From: Mobula hypostoma
Lineage: Eukaryota
Length of the DNA stretch: 64,000 nucleotides
Reading direction: 5' to 3'
NCBI RefSeq assembly: GCF_963921235.1
Contig: NC_086107.1
Span: forward strand, 98,644,001 to 98,708,000
Part shown: positions 51,566-63,714 of the stretch, piece by piece
How positions within the stretch are numbered: the stretch's first letter is position 1
Layout: the number at the start of each line of letters is the position of its first letter
Program-made: the position numbers and the translations under genes
Notes under the pieces: model-generated
What the model was told of the DNA's origin: nothing
What the model saw: the letters and a program-made list of their open reading frames with translations, nothing else
The model's database searches: none

Positions 51566-52176
51566 CAGCTTTCACCAAGTTGATGATCTGCCAGCAGCAC
51601 CGGATGTTGGTCTCCGTGTGCATCCCCGGGAACAGCCCGTAGATCAGAGAGTCCTCTGTTACGCAGTTGCTGGGGATGAAACGTGACACTAGCCCATCCA
51701 TCCTCTTCCACACCCTCTCTGCGAACCCACAGTGTGCAAAGAGGTGGGTTACTGATTCCGCCCCACTGCAGTCCTCCCATGGGCAGCGGGGTGTGGAGAC
51801 CATGTTCCGGGCGTATAGGAGGGATCTGACTGGGAGGGCCCCTCTCACCGCCAGCCAGGTGAGGTCTGGTGATCCATTTTGCCAGATGGTTTAGACAGTC
51901 TACACAGGGAACCACCCCACTGTGTCCATCACATTCTTCTCCTGCAGTGTCCGCAGGACGTTCTGTGCTGACCGCTGCCTGATGGTCTTGTAGTCAAAGG
52001 TGTTGGTCTAGAAGTACTTTCCAGTAAACCACGAGTAGCACAGCATCATCCAGCCAACTGGGACTTTGCATGGCAATGGGGCCAGACCCATCCATCGCAA
52101 CGCCAGAGGGAGGTAAAACCCAGGCACATGGTACTTCAAACACGAGAAAATCTGCAGATGATGGAAATCCAAAGCA

Positions 52177-52207
<31 letters not shown>

Positions 52208-52337
52208 CACACAATGCTGGAGGAAATCAGCAGGCCAGGCAACATCTATAGAAAAAGAGTACACAGTCAACGTTTTGGGCTGAGACCCTTCATTAGTTCC
52301 AACAGCATTTTGTGTGTAGTGGTACTTGGCGCCCATG
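51566..52337 (-). mobile_element. Tx1-clade LINE ORF2 C-terminal (zinc-binding) part
   Basis: RGALPVRSLLYAR...CPWEDCSGAESVTHLFAHCGFAERVW; split by a Penelope palindrome at 52137-52319 (TSD TGGTACTT). Confidence 0.8.
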
Positions 52338-52737
52338 CACAGCGCTGTCCGAGAAAAATTAAAATGTTACGAGAAATGTTTGTAGTTAAAGAAAGTAATA
52401 GACAATTTTACAAATAAAAACTTGATTACTTTGTAGGTGTACAGCCGACTGTGTGACTAAACAAGGATAACAAAATTTAAGATAAACAAATTAAACGAAA
52501 ATTTTTTTATTCATTTTACTTTACATTGCTTCTGTGATGTCACTATTGCGTCAACTCTTTACCTGAAAGTTTACAAAAGTAATCTTGTAAATTGTCTGGC
52601 AGCCTTTTTGTTCTTGATTTGTTTTGTCTTTGCTCCACCTGGAGCTGTATTCCCTTTGTATTGTTTTGTATGTCTTCAATTTATTTTGTCTTTGTAAAAC
52701 TGAAAAGTGTAAATAAAGTATTAAAAAAAAACAAAGA

Positions 52738-55352
52738 TAACATAGAACATAGGACATAGAACAGTACAGCACAGTACAGGCCCTTCGGCCCACAATGTTG
52801 TGCCGACCCTCAAACCCTGCCTGCCATATAAGCCCCCACCTTAGATTCCTCCATATACCTGTCCAGTAGTCTCTTAAACTTCACGAGTGTATCTGCCTCC
52901 ACCACTGACTAAGGCAGTGCATTCCACGCACCAACCACTCTGAGTAAAAAACCTTCCCCTAATATCCCCCTTGAACTTCCCACCCTTTACCTTAAAGCCA
53001 TGTCCTCTTGTATTGAGCAGTGGTGCCCTGGGGAAGAGGCGCTGGCTATCCACTCTATCTATTCCTCTTATTATCTTGTACACCTCTATCATGTCTCCTC
53101 TCATCCTCCTTCTCTCCAAAGAGTAAAGCCCCAGCTCCCTTAATCTCTGATCATAATGCATACTTTCTAAACCAGGCAGCATCCTGGTAAATCTCCTCTG
53201 TACCCTTTCCAATGCTTCCACATCCTTCCTATAGTGAGGTGACCAGAACTGGACACAGTACTCCAAGTGTGGCCTAACCAGAGTTCTATAGAGCTGCATC
53301 ATTACATCGCGACTCAAACTCTATCCCTCGACTTATGAAAGCTAACACCCCATAAGCTTTCTTAACTACCCTATCCACCTGTGAGGCAACTTTCAGGGAT
53401 CTGTGGACATGTACCCCGAGATCCCTCCGCTCCTCCACACTACCAAGTATCCTGCCATTTACTTTGTACTCTGCCTTGGAGTTTGTCCTTCCAAAGTGTA
53501 CCACCTCACACTTCTCTGGGTTGAACTCCATCTGCCACTTCTCAGCCCACTTCTGCATCCTATCAATGTCTCTCTGCAATCTTTGACAGTCTTCTACACT
53601 ATCTACAACACCACCAACCTTTGTGTCATCTGCAAACTTGCCAACCCACCCTTCTACCCCCACATCCAGGTCGTTAATAAAAATCACAAAAAGTAGAGGT
53701 TCCAGAACAGATCCTTGTGGGACACCACTAGTCACAATCCTCCAATCTGAATGTACTCCCTCCACCACCACCCTCTGCCTTCTGCAGGCAAGCCAATTCT
53801 GAATCCACCTGGCCAAACTTCCCTGGATCCCATGCCTTCTAACTTTCTGAATAAGCCTACCGTGTGGAACCTTGTCAAATGCCTTACTAAAATCCATATA
53901 GATCACATCCACTGCACTACCCTCATCTATATGCCTGGTCACCTCCTCAAAGAACTCTATCAGGCTTGTTAGACACGATCTGCCCTTCACAAAGCCATGC
54001 TGACTGTCCCTGATCAGACCATGATTCTCTAAATGCCTATAGATCCTATCTCTAAGAATCTTTTCCAACAGCTTTCCCACCACAGATGTAAGGCTCACTG
54101 GTCTAGAATTACCAGGACTATCCCTACTACCTTTTTTGAACAAGGGAACAACATTCGCCTCCCTCCAATCCTCCGGTACCATTCCTGTGGATAATGAGGA
54201 CATAAAGATCCTAGCCAGAGGCTCAGCAATCTCTTTCTTCACCTCGTGGAGCAGCCTGGGGAATATTCCGTCAGGCCCTGGGGACTTATCCGTCCTAATG
54301 TATTTTAACAACTCCAACACCTCCTCTCCCTTAATATGAACATGCTCCAGAACATCAACCTCACTCATATTGTCCTCACCATCATCAAGTTCCCTCTCAT
54401 TGGTGAATACCGAAGAGAAGTATTCATTGAGGACCTCGCTCACTTCCACAGCCTCCAGGCTCATCTTCCCACCTTTATCTCTAATCGGTCCTACCTTCAC
54501 TCCTGTCATCCTTTTTTTCTTCACATAATTGAAGAATGCCTTGGGGTTTTCCTTTACCCTACTCGCCAAGGCCTTCTCATGCCCCCTTCTTGCTCTTCTC
54601 AGCCCCTTCTTAAGCTCCTTTCTTGCTTCCCTATATTCCTCAATAGACCCATCTGATCCTTGCTTCCTAAACCTCATGTATGCTGCCTTCTTCCACCTGA
54701 CTAGATTTTCCACCTCACTTGTCACCCATGGTTCCTTCACCCTACCATTCTTTATCTTCCTCACCGGGACAAATCTATCCCTAACATCCTGTAAGAGATC
54801 TCTAAACATCAATCATATTCCATAGTACATTTCCCTGCAAAAACATCATCCCAATTCACGCCCGCAAGTTCTAGCCTTATAGCCTCATAATTTGCCTTTC
54901 CCCAATTAAAAATTTTCCTGTCCTCTTTGATTCTATCCTTTTCCATGATAATTATAAAGGCCAGGGAGCAGTGGTCACTGTCCCCCAGATGCTCACCCAC
55001 TGAGAGATCTGTGACCTGACCCGGTTCATTACCTAGTACTAGATCTAGTATGGCATTCCCCCTGGTCGGCCTGTCCACCTACTGTGACAGGAACCCATCC
55101 TGGATACACTTAACAAATTCTGCCCCATCTAAACCCTTGGAACTAATCAGGTGCCAATCAATATTAGGGAAGTTAAAGTCACCCATGATAACAACCCTGT
55201 TATTTTTGCACTTTTCCAAAATCTGCCTCCCAATCTGCTCCCCTGTATCTCTGCTGCTACCAGGGGGCCTATAGAATACCCCCAGTAGAGTAACTGCTCC
55301 CTTCCTGTTCCTGACTTCCACCCATATGGACTCATAAGAGGATCCTGCTAAC
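52738..55352 (-). mobile_element. Young 5'-truncated CR1 LINE (end of APE, RT, tail)
   Basis: 508-aa ORF 53286-54812 with KSPGPDG, QHGF, MDFSKAFDKVPH, GVPQGSVL, KFADD; adjacent frames give MGDFNFP, LDLVL, SDH and RPHLEYCVQFW; (AACATAG)n tail; only a few frameshifts/stops. Confidence 0.95.
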
Positions 55353-56150
55353 AAACAGGATGCTAACGATCAATGACATAATGAGTTGAATGAACTGAAC
55401 TGATTAACTAAAACGGAGACTGGTGTAGAAGGAATCAAAATGGGCAAAGGACAAACTAAAATATGTGGGTGTGCCAGATGTGGTAATTTAACCTTCAAAT
55501 CATTTCTTATCCCATAGGAAGAGTGAGCGTAGCAACGAGACAGAAGGTGGGCATCCTGCATCAGCACGGTCTCTCCCAAACAGAAATTTCAAGATGTGCA
55601 GCCCATGCTCCTCCTGAAGAAGCACCAAGAAACCGAGGACCAGGAACGCAGTGGCCGGCCACGGAAACCGAGTGCAACAGGCGGGCGAGATGTCCCTTCT
55701 AAATCGGAAAAAGACCAGCACTGCCACCAGCTCTGAACTGACAGAGACCATTGGAGCCCAAGGACACCCCTCCACAGTCGGAGGTCTTGTCAGAAGTGGT
55801 CTTCATGGAAGAGTTGCTACCAGCAGAAACAAAGCCAAGAGGCTCACCTACGCACAAAAGCACAAGGACTGGAATGCTGAACAATGACAGCAGGCGCTCC
55901 GGACTGACGAGACAAAAATTTGAAAACTTTGGCTCAGACGGAAGGCAGTTTGCCCGTAGAAGAGCTGGCGAGCGCGACGCGGGTGAGTTGTCTGCAGCCA
56001 ACCGTGAGGCCCAGCGGAGGCTCCCTGCAAGTCTGGGGCTGCATTTCTGTGAATGAGTTGCTGATCTGCTCAGAATTAATGGAATCCTCGCTGCCGAGAC
56101 GTATGAGCACATTATCATCCATCACGCAATAATCATCGGCCCCAACTTCA
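55353..56150 (+). mobile_element. Tc1-like transposase fragment (5' end probably at ~52340-52700)
   Basis: LVRSGLHGRVA...KRLTYAQKHKDWNAEQ, TDETK, GGSLQVWGCIS motifs; frameshifted. Confidence 0.75.
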
Positions 56151-57550
56151 CTCGTCTGCCCCAGAGCAGACTTAACCCTGTTGGCGATAGCCTTGGACAG
56201 GATCTTGTAATTCACATTCAGGAGAGAGATGGGTCTCCAATTTCTAATGTCCTCCCTTTCCCCCTTCTGCTTGTAGATGAGGGTGATGATGCCCTTCCTC
56301 ATGGACTCAGACATACTGCCGGCCAGAAGCATAGCATTGTACACTTCCAGCAGGTCTGGGCCCATCCAGTTCCACAGAGCCGAGTACAACTCAGCCGGTA
56401 AGCCGTCGCTTCCGGGAGTCCTACCCGACCCAAAGGAACGGATGGAGCCTGTCAGCTCGTCCAGGGTCAGTGGCTGATCCAGACTCTCCCGCTTGCCGTC
56501 GTCTAAGACCTGCGTGATAGACGACAGGAAGTTGCGGGAGGCTGTGGATTCTGTGGCCTTTTCGTCGTACAGACCGGCATAGAAGGACTTGCAGATCCTC
56601 AGTATGTCGGTCTGCGAGGACGCGACTGAGCCGTCCTCTTCCTTAAGGTTGTAGATCACAGAGCTCCCCCTGTGCACCTTTTGGAAGAAGAAGCGTGAGC
56701 ACGTCTCGTCCTGCTCCACGATTTGGACCCTTGATCGGAAGATGATCTTGGAAGATTCGGCGGCGAGGTTATGGGCTTGCCGGCCCTTCACCTCTCGCAA
56801 TTCCTCCCTGACATCCACCCCCTTCGACTGCAGAAGGAGAAGTTGCTGCAACTCTGTCTGGAGTTTACGCAGTTCCCTCTGCTCCTGCCTTGCCTTCTGG
56901 ATACCCTTGCGGATGAAGAACCTCTTAATGTTCTCCTTGGTGGCTTCCCACCAGTGAACCGGGGAATCGAAGAAGGCTTTCAAGGTTCTCCAACCTGTGT
57001 ACTCCCTCTCTAGTTCCTCGATGTTCTCTGGGGTCAACAGCTTTACATTCAGCTTCCACGTCCCCCTGCCTGCCTTCTGGTCCTCCCGTAAAAGACAGGT
57101 GGCTCTCAGAAGGCAGTGGTCAGAGAAGAACACCGGCGTGACGTCGGTGGACCTGACCGTGAGGGACTCTGACAGGAAGAGGAAGTCGATCCGGGAGCGG
57201 GCTGAGCCGTCCGACCGTGTCCAGGTGGCTTGCGGCTGTGCTCCACCTGTGGGGGTGCCAAAGGCGTCGCGCAGCTTGGCCGTCTTTACTATTTCCTTCA
57301 GGAGTCTGGAGGTACTGTCCAGCCTGCCGTCGGCGCTGCCGGGTCCTCCAGCCGCATCAATGGTGCAGTTGAAGTCTCCGGCCAGAACGACCGGCTGGGA
57401 CGTCACCAGCAGCGGTGGGAGCCGCTCGCTCCGCACGGGGGAGGCGTACACGTTGATTCGCCGGCATTTTCCGTCCACCACTAGGAGGTGACCCCCAATG
57501 AGCTCTTTGACTTGGGTGATTGAGAAGTTGCCTCCCCGTGGCAGAGCGGC
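56151..57550 (-). mobile_element. Tx1-clade LINE ORF2 (APE endonuclease, linker, RT N-terminus)
   Basis: INVYASP, LAGDFNC, RIDFLF, FSDHC, WKLN, TPGSDGLPAELY, NWRPISLLNVNYKILSKAIANRVK; open for ~440 codons. Confidence 0.9.
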
Positions 57551-57959
57551 TGCCGCCCGTCTCTGTTGAGAGTCATCGTTGACACCCCCCTGTACTCACC
57601 CCGATGCTTCAGTCTGCCTCGCCGCTTCCAGATGGAGTCGTTCATGACCCAGCGCCTCAGCTATGGTCTTTTCCCGAGTCAGCCTGTGATCTTGGACATT
57701 TCCGGACCCTGTCCCCGATCTCCGGACAGGGCATAGCGGTGGAGTCCTAAACTGTGCGCACGGGCTCTATCAGTTCCCGTAACAAAAAAAAAGAAAGAAC
57801 AAGCAGAAGGCGTGGAAAAGAAAGAGAAATAATTGGATAGATTTGCTATCTGATAGATGTCGCCCGAGGAATCGTTGTTCGCCTTCCTGGTCAGAAGTTT
57901 ATGTACTGCTCTATGTGACAATAATAAACTAATTTACCTGTGCTTTTTAAACACTTTTT

Positions 57960-58598
57960 AATAGACAAAAGGTGCAGGAGTAGGCCATTCGGCCCTTCGA
58001 GTCAGCACCGCCATTCACTGTGATCATGGCTGATCATTCACAATCAGTACCCTTTTCCTGCCTTCTCCCCATATCCCTTCACTCCACTATCTTTAAGAGC
58101 TCTATCTAACTCTTTTTTGAAAGAATCCAAAGAGTTGGCCTCCACTGCCTTCTGAGGCAGAGCATTCCACAGAACCACAACCCTCTGTGTGAAAAAGTTT
58201 TTCCTCAACTCCGTTCTAAATGGTCTACCCCTTATTCTTAAACTGTGGCCTCTGGTTGTGGACTCCCCCAACATCGGGAACATGTTTCCTGCCTCCAGCG
58301 TGTCCAATCCCTTAATAATCTTATATGCTTCAATCAGACCCCCTCTCATCCTTCTAAATTCCAGTGTATACAATCCCAGTCGCTCCAATCTTTCAACATA
58401 TGACATTCCCGCCATCCCGGGAATTAACCTCGTGAACCTCCGTTGCACTCCCTCAATAGCAAGAATGTCCTTCCTCAAATTTGGAGACCAAAACTGCACA
58501 CAATACTCCAGGTGCAGTCTCACCAGGGCCTTGTACAACTGCAGAAGGAACTCTTTGCTCCTATACTCAACTCCCCTTGTTATGAAGGCCAACATGCC
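57960..58598 (-). mobile_element. CR1 (HER1-like) 3' fragment
   Basis: LYKALVRLHLEYCVQFWSP...RKNFFTQRVVVLWNALP. Confidence 0.9.
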
Positions 58599-58874
58599 TT
58601 GATTGTACTTGCCTCTACAACCTCCTCTGGTAGCTTGTTCCATGTCCCCACCATCCTCTCTGTGAGAAAAATCAGCTCCGAGATCTCAATCGGATCTCCC
58701 CAAAACATTTCTCCTCACGCCGTAAATTTATGTTTGGACGCCCCCTGCCGTTGGATAAAGAGCGTGATCGTCTGTTCTCCCTATGCTCTTCACAACTGTA
58801 TAAACCTATATAAGGTCACTCCTCAGCCTCCTGCACTCCCGTGAAAACGATCCCTTGCCGATCCAACCTCTCCT

Positions 58875-59075
58875 GCCGCTGTCTGTAAGGAGTTTGCACG
58901 TTCTCCGCGTGGCCGCGTGGGTTTCCTCCGGGTGCTCCGGTTTCCTCCCGCAGTCCAAAGACGTACCGGTTGGTAGGTCACTATAAATTGTCCCGTCATG
59001 AGACTAGGATTAAATCAGGTGTGGCTCAAAGGGCCAATTCCGAGCTGTATCTCAATTAATTAATCAATTAATAAA
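58875..59075 (+). mobile_element. HE1/V-SINE-type SINE, 5'-truncated
   Basis: V-domain core GGGTTTCCTCCGGGTGCTCCGGTTTCCTCCCGCAGTCCAAAGAC. Confidence 0.8.
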
Positions 59076-59243
59076 TCCGCCCAACATCTAGTAAATTTCT
59101 TTTAGTGCACCAACATCCTTTCCATAGTGTGGTAACCAGAACTACAGTACATACAATATTCCATTCGTGGTCCAACCTTTATCTTGCACAGCCCACATCT
59201 TATACTCAACAGCCTACCTACAAAGGCAAGCAAGTTAAATGCC

Positions 59244-59471
59244 TTAGCAACACACACAAAACGCCGGAGGAACTCGGCGGGCCAGGCAGCGTCCATGGAA
59301 AAGAGTAAATGGTCGGCGTTTCGGGCCCAGACCCTCTCAGTCCTGAAGAAGGGTCTCAGCCCGAAACGTCGACTGTTTTTCTTTTCCCCAGATACTGTCT
59401 GACCCGCTGAGCTCCTCCAGCATTTTGTGCGTGTTGCTTTGGATTTCCCGCATCTGCAGATTCTCTCTTGT
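59244..59471. mobile_element. Penelope-derived palindromic insertion
   Basis: Inverted arms; TSD AAGTTAAATGCC (59232-59243) / AAGCTAAATGCC (59472-59483). Confidence 0.75.
59338..59375 (+). ncRNA. Minimal type I hammerhead ribozyme motif
   Basis: CAGUC-CUGAAGA-A-GGG(UCUCAG)CCC-GAAA-CG-UC-GACUG; 5-bp stem I, intact core. Confidence 0.7.
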
Positions 59472-60914
59472 AAGCTAAATGCCAGTGGCTACCCGATCCG
59501 GCTGCGCTGTCATTTCATCAGGCCCTGGCGGGCAATGCACAAACGCCGGAAGAACTCGGCGGGTCCAGGCAGCATCTGCGGAGGAAAATGAACAGTCGAT
59601 GTTTAGGGTCGAGACCCTTCATCGGGACAGGGCGTATTTTATTTCAAACACCCCCTGTTTGAGACACGCGAGTTCCGAATTCTCAACACGCACCTCCCCA
59701 AACTCTCCAGCCTGCCCTTTTCCTTCTCGCTGGCGAATACTGACACCACGTGTTCATTCAGAAGAACAATTCCACCCTTCATCCCTCGCTGCCCTCTTGC
59801 TTCTAATATAATTATAAAACATTTTGTTCTTTTTCCCGAGTTTCTTTGTTCAATGTTATCACATCTCACCGCATCTGCCTCTTAACTTTACCGAGGCGCG
59901 CCGAATCTGAACCCTTACTGATTTTAAATGGTGGTGGTTGTCCGTCGTGTCCGCGGATGACGGGAGAACTGTGCGGGAGTTTTTAGTCCCGGTGATTGAA
60001 TTCCTTATCTCTTACATCCTTTATAAATACGAGGAGTAAAAATCTATATGTTAAGTCTCTGTCTTAATGTGCCATTTTGTAGTAATTTGCAATAAATAGT
60101 AACAGGACAGTCAATCTAGCATAGAAATACAATTGTATCAGCGTGAATTTATCAGTCTGGTGGCCTGGTGGGAGAAGCTGTCCTGGAGCCTGGCTTTGAT
60201 GCTGCGGTAACGTTTTAAAGTGGGGAAAGCTGTCGCACTGTGGGGCTGTCCTCTCTCTCGACCTCAGAAGCCCGGTCCAGTGGTACGAGCAAGCGTCACA
60301 AACTGGGGTCTTCCTTGGTCGCAGTGGCTGACCTCGACGGCTCCTGGGCCTCGTCATGCCCTTCGCTCTCCACCGAGTGTCGCAGAACCGCCCACTGACT
60401 TCGCATGCTGGGACGGGCGTGTCCCCATCTCACCGGGTACCCTCGCCTGGTCAGTCCTGCCTGCCGAAGTGACGCACCGGGCTGTGGCTGCTGTCGCAGG
60501 CGAACAGCTCCTTGGAGCCACGGGTGAGAGCTGAGTATGAGCGAGCTGCCCCGGAATGGACACGGGAAGCCCTTTCACCAGGGGTCCTATCCCCCCGGAC
60601 ATCCCATGTACCCCAACTAATTTTAGACTTAGAAAGTCAAGCAGCATTTCCACTCCCGCCCTCAGGAATCATTCACAGAGCCAACTCAAACCCTATCTGC
60701 GAGACTGCGAACCGACCGTGGATCCAAGCCGACTACATGAAAGCTTGCGGATTGACCTGTGCTCAGGGTTCCCAAAAGGTTCCACCACCTGCCCATCTTC
60801 ATTTCCTACAGTAAGCCCCCCCCCCCGCCCCGTAAGACTCTGTATACACAATGCTTTTTAAAAAAACCTTCCTGGATGCATTTAAGAACAAGCACCCATC
60901 CAAACATCTCCAAA

Positions 60915-61960
60915 ACGCAAGTTCAAAGTACATCTATGTCACTAAATACAACCCCGAGACTCATTTTCTTGCGGGCATTCACAGTAAATACAAAGAAACA
61001 AAATAGAACCAACGAAAGACCGCACACATAACAGGCCGGACAACCAATGTGTAAAAGACAACAAACTTCAAACACAAAAAGAAATAACAATGATAAATAA
61101 ATAAGCAATAAATATCGAGAACGTGAGATGAAGAGTCTCGGAAAGTGATGCGCACCCGTTGTGGGGACACTTCAGTGCGCGGTGGGCGAAGCTGAGTAAA
61201 GTTATCCCCTCTGGTTTAAGAGTCTGATGGCTAAGATCTCTAAAAATCTAACCTGGTCCAAACATATCGATATAGTTATAAAGAAGGCAAGACAACGGCT
61301 ATATTACGTTAGGAGTTTGAAAAATTTGGCATGTCAACAAATACACTCAGAAACTTCTATAGTTGTCATTCTAACAGGCCGCATCACTGTCTGGTATGGA
61401 GGGGCTACTGTACAGGACCGAAAGAAGCTGCAGAAGGTTGTAAATCTAGTCAGCTCCATCTTGGGTACTAGCCTACAAAGTACCCAGGACAAACTCAGGG
61501 AGCGGTGTCTCAGAAAGGCAGCGTCCTCCAGCATCCAGGACATGCCCTTTTCTCACTGTTACCATCAGGTAGGAGATACAGAAGCCTGAAGGCACACACT
61601 CAGTGATTCAGGAACAGCTTCCTCCCCTCTGCCATCCGATTCCTAAATGGACATGGAACCCGTGAACACTACCTCACTTTTTTTAATATACAGTATTTCT
61701 GTTTTTGCACGTTTAAAAAAAAATCTATTCAAGACCCGTAATTCATGTACTTGTTTATTTATTATTATAATGTTTTATTTGTTCTCTCTGCTAGATTATG
61801 CATTGCATTGAACTGCTGCTGCGAAATTAACAAATTTCACGTCACATGCCGGTGATAATAAACCTGATTCTGAGAGGTAATAACTGTTCCTGAACCAGCC
61901 GGACGGCAGCAGCGAGAAGAGGGCACGTCCTGGGTGGTGGGTGCTGCTTTCCTCTGACGG
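60915..61960. mobile_element. Nested Rex1/Babar-type LINE 3' fragments (a + copy at ~61235-61870 inside a - copy)
   Basis: ORF 61227-61589 LTWSKHI...KKARQRLYYVRSLK...ILTGRITVWYG; the flanks match the Rex 3' UTR seen at 10985-11400. Confidence 0.75.
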
Positions 61961-62279
61961 CGCTCCGTCTGGATTGCGCTCAATCCCAGCCAATCTGGGG
62001 AAAGTTAAAATCACGGCATATCCCTATTACAGCCACGTATTCGTTCTCGAACCTGTGTCATATTCCCACTTCACCGGCCGAACGTGATGGCGATGGCTCC
62101 CTTCGGTAAACAGGTTGGATCGATTTAGCTCACGGTTCGATGGAGTGAGGGAAATCTAAAACACATGTCGGGAACTTGAAAGAAAAGAAAGAAAACCAGT
62201 AGGGCCCTGCTGAGTATCTTCACCGTTTCCCGTTCCAATTTCGGTGACCCGATTATTTTGGTTTAAATTCTCCGAACTA

Positions 62280-63130
62280 CCGAGCAGTTCTGAATGATAC
62301 CGGCGGCGGTCTGACTCTTCCGTACCACGTGATGCCGGGGGGGCGGCACCGGTGCTGTAGTACCACGGGATACGGGATACACGGCGGCGCTTGCGCTGTA
62401 GTACGGGAGATGGTGCTGCAGTACCGCGAGTTACCGAGGGGTGACGCTGCTGCCGCAGACTCGCGTTATTCCCGAGGGCGATGGTGCTCCAGTACCGCGG
62501 AATGCCGGGGGCGGCGCTGTTGCTGCCGCCGCCGTTGCGGCGGTACCACGTGACACAGCGGGGGAACCGGAAGTGGTGCCAGGCGCTGCCGAGGCTCCGG
62601 AGCCGCTCCCATGGCGACCCGTGCGCTACAGGAATGGGCCCGGCGGCAGGTCGACGGCTACCCCGGCGTGGAGGTGAAGAACATGACCTCGAGCTTCAGG
62701 GACGGCCTCGCCTTCTGTGCCATCATCCACCGGCACCGGCCCGACCTCATGTGAGTGCCCGAGGTGGGGACACAGCGAGCGGAGACGGGGGTCTGTCGGG
62801 TGGTGAGGGGCCAGCGGGAGGGTGAGGGGATCAGGCGGACAACGAGGGGTCCGCAGCGAGGAAGTCAGCACGACCAGCGCTGGTTTCTTCCAGCCGCGGG
62901 GTCGAGCGGCTGGTTATGTGACGGTGAAGAAGTCATTCATTGCCAGTGTCTGGTTGTGGCTCTGCCGCAAGCGGGGTCTCTCGGCTGGGCAATGAACCGA
63001 TTCGGCTGGCCACGGTCGCAGTCTGGAAGGTCCCTCGTGTTCCACCAGTCGAATAGGCGACCACGACTTCTGCACCCGTCTGACGACTGTGTTTTCCCTG
63101 CTGTTAAACCCTGGGTTGATCGGTGTTGCC
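62280..63130. promoter_or_regulatory. MICALL1: CpG island / promoter of the MICAL-like gene
   Basis: Dense CpG; E-boxes CACGTG at 62326-62331 and 62547-62552; ETS consensus ACCGGAAGTG at 62566-62575, 35 bp before the ATG. Confidence 0.8.
62611..62750 (+). CDS. MICALL1: MICAL-like protein, first coding exon (N-terminal calponin-homology domain); the gene continues beyond the window
   Basis: Translates [46 protein letters not shown](I), then a phase-2 donor GTGAGT at 62751. The family call is secure. L1 rather than L2 is inferred from linkage with MGAT3 (both on human 22q13.1). Confidence 0.85.
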
Positions 63131-63714
63131 ATCAATTTGTTTTCGTTGTGTTACCGTGGCTGTAGAATTTCGGACGGGTGCGCAGGTTTTTACGGTGCTT
63201 TGCTGAGCGTCAAGTTGGCGGAGTGTTCTCCCTGCGCTGCAGTGTAGAACTCGAGATGTTCTCGCTCCCCGGGGATGGTTATCTGTGGAGACTTCACAGT
63301 CAGATGAGCATATCGACACCGTGCTGTTGGTGTCGCTGCCATTTTCCCCGTGCAAGATTCACCCTTACCTTGAATCTGATGTTCTGTAGAGTCAGGGCAC
63401 TGTTGCCAAGTTACTCCGATGGTGGAGCCGGGTGACTAGCCAACACCGACTGCATGTGATGAGACCTTTGTTTCAGGTTGCTCATCTAAAACAACCGGCT
63501 GCAGAGTGTTTGTTGAAGTAAAATTCCAGTGTGTTTTTCAACACCCTATAATTTGTTACCTTGGTAACCTGAGGCCAGGTTTTTAGCAGATTTAAGTGTG
63601 CAGGAGAGAAGTCAGTTTAAGAGGGCCAGTTCCAGAGCTGAGTGTATTCGGATGGCTGATTTGATCACGAATGTTCACAGGGAACTGTTCTATAGACAGA
63701 CAGAGAGAGAGAGA

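Noticed and set aside
53286..54812. 508-aa RT ORF as an active or domesticated gene
   Set aside because: Part of a 5'-truncated CR1 with frameshifts at both ends.
55934..57481. 515-aa ORF as a host gene
   Set aside because: Tx1 ORF2 fragment reading through a deletion junction into antisense Tc1 sequence.
62329..63165. Several GC-rich ORFs around the CpG island
   Set aside because: Stop-poor GC-rich sequence; the real coding frame is the short exon at 62611-62750.
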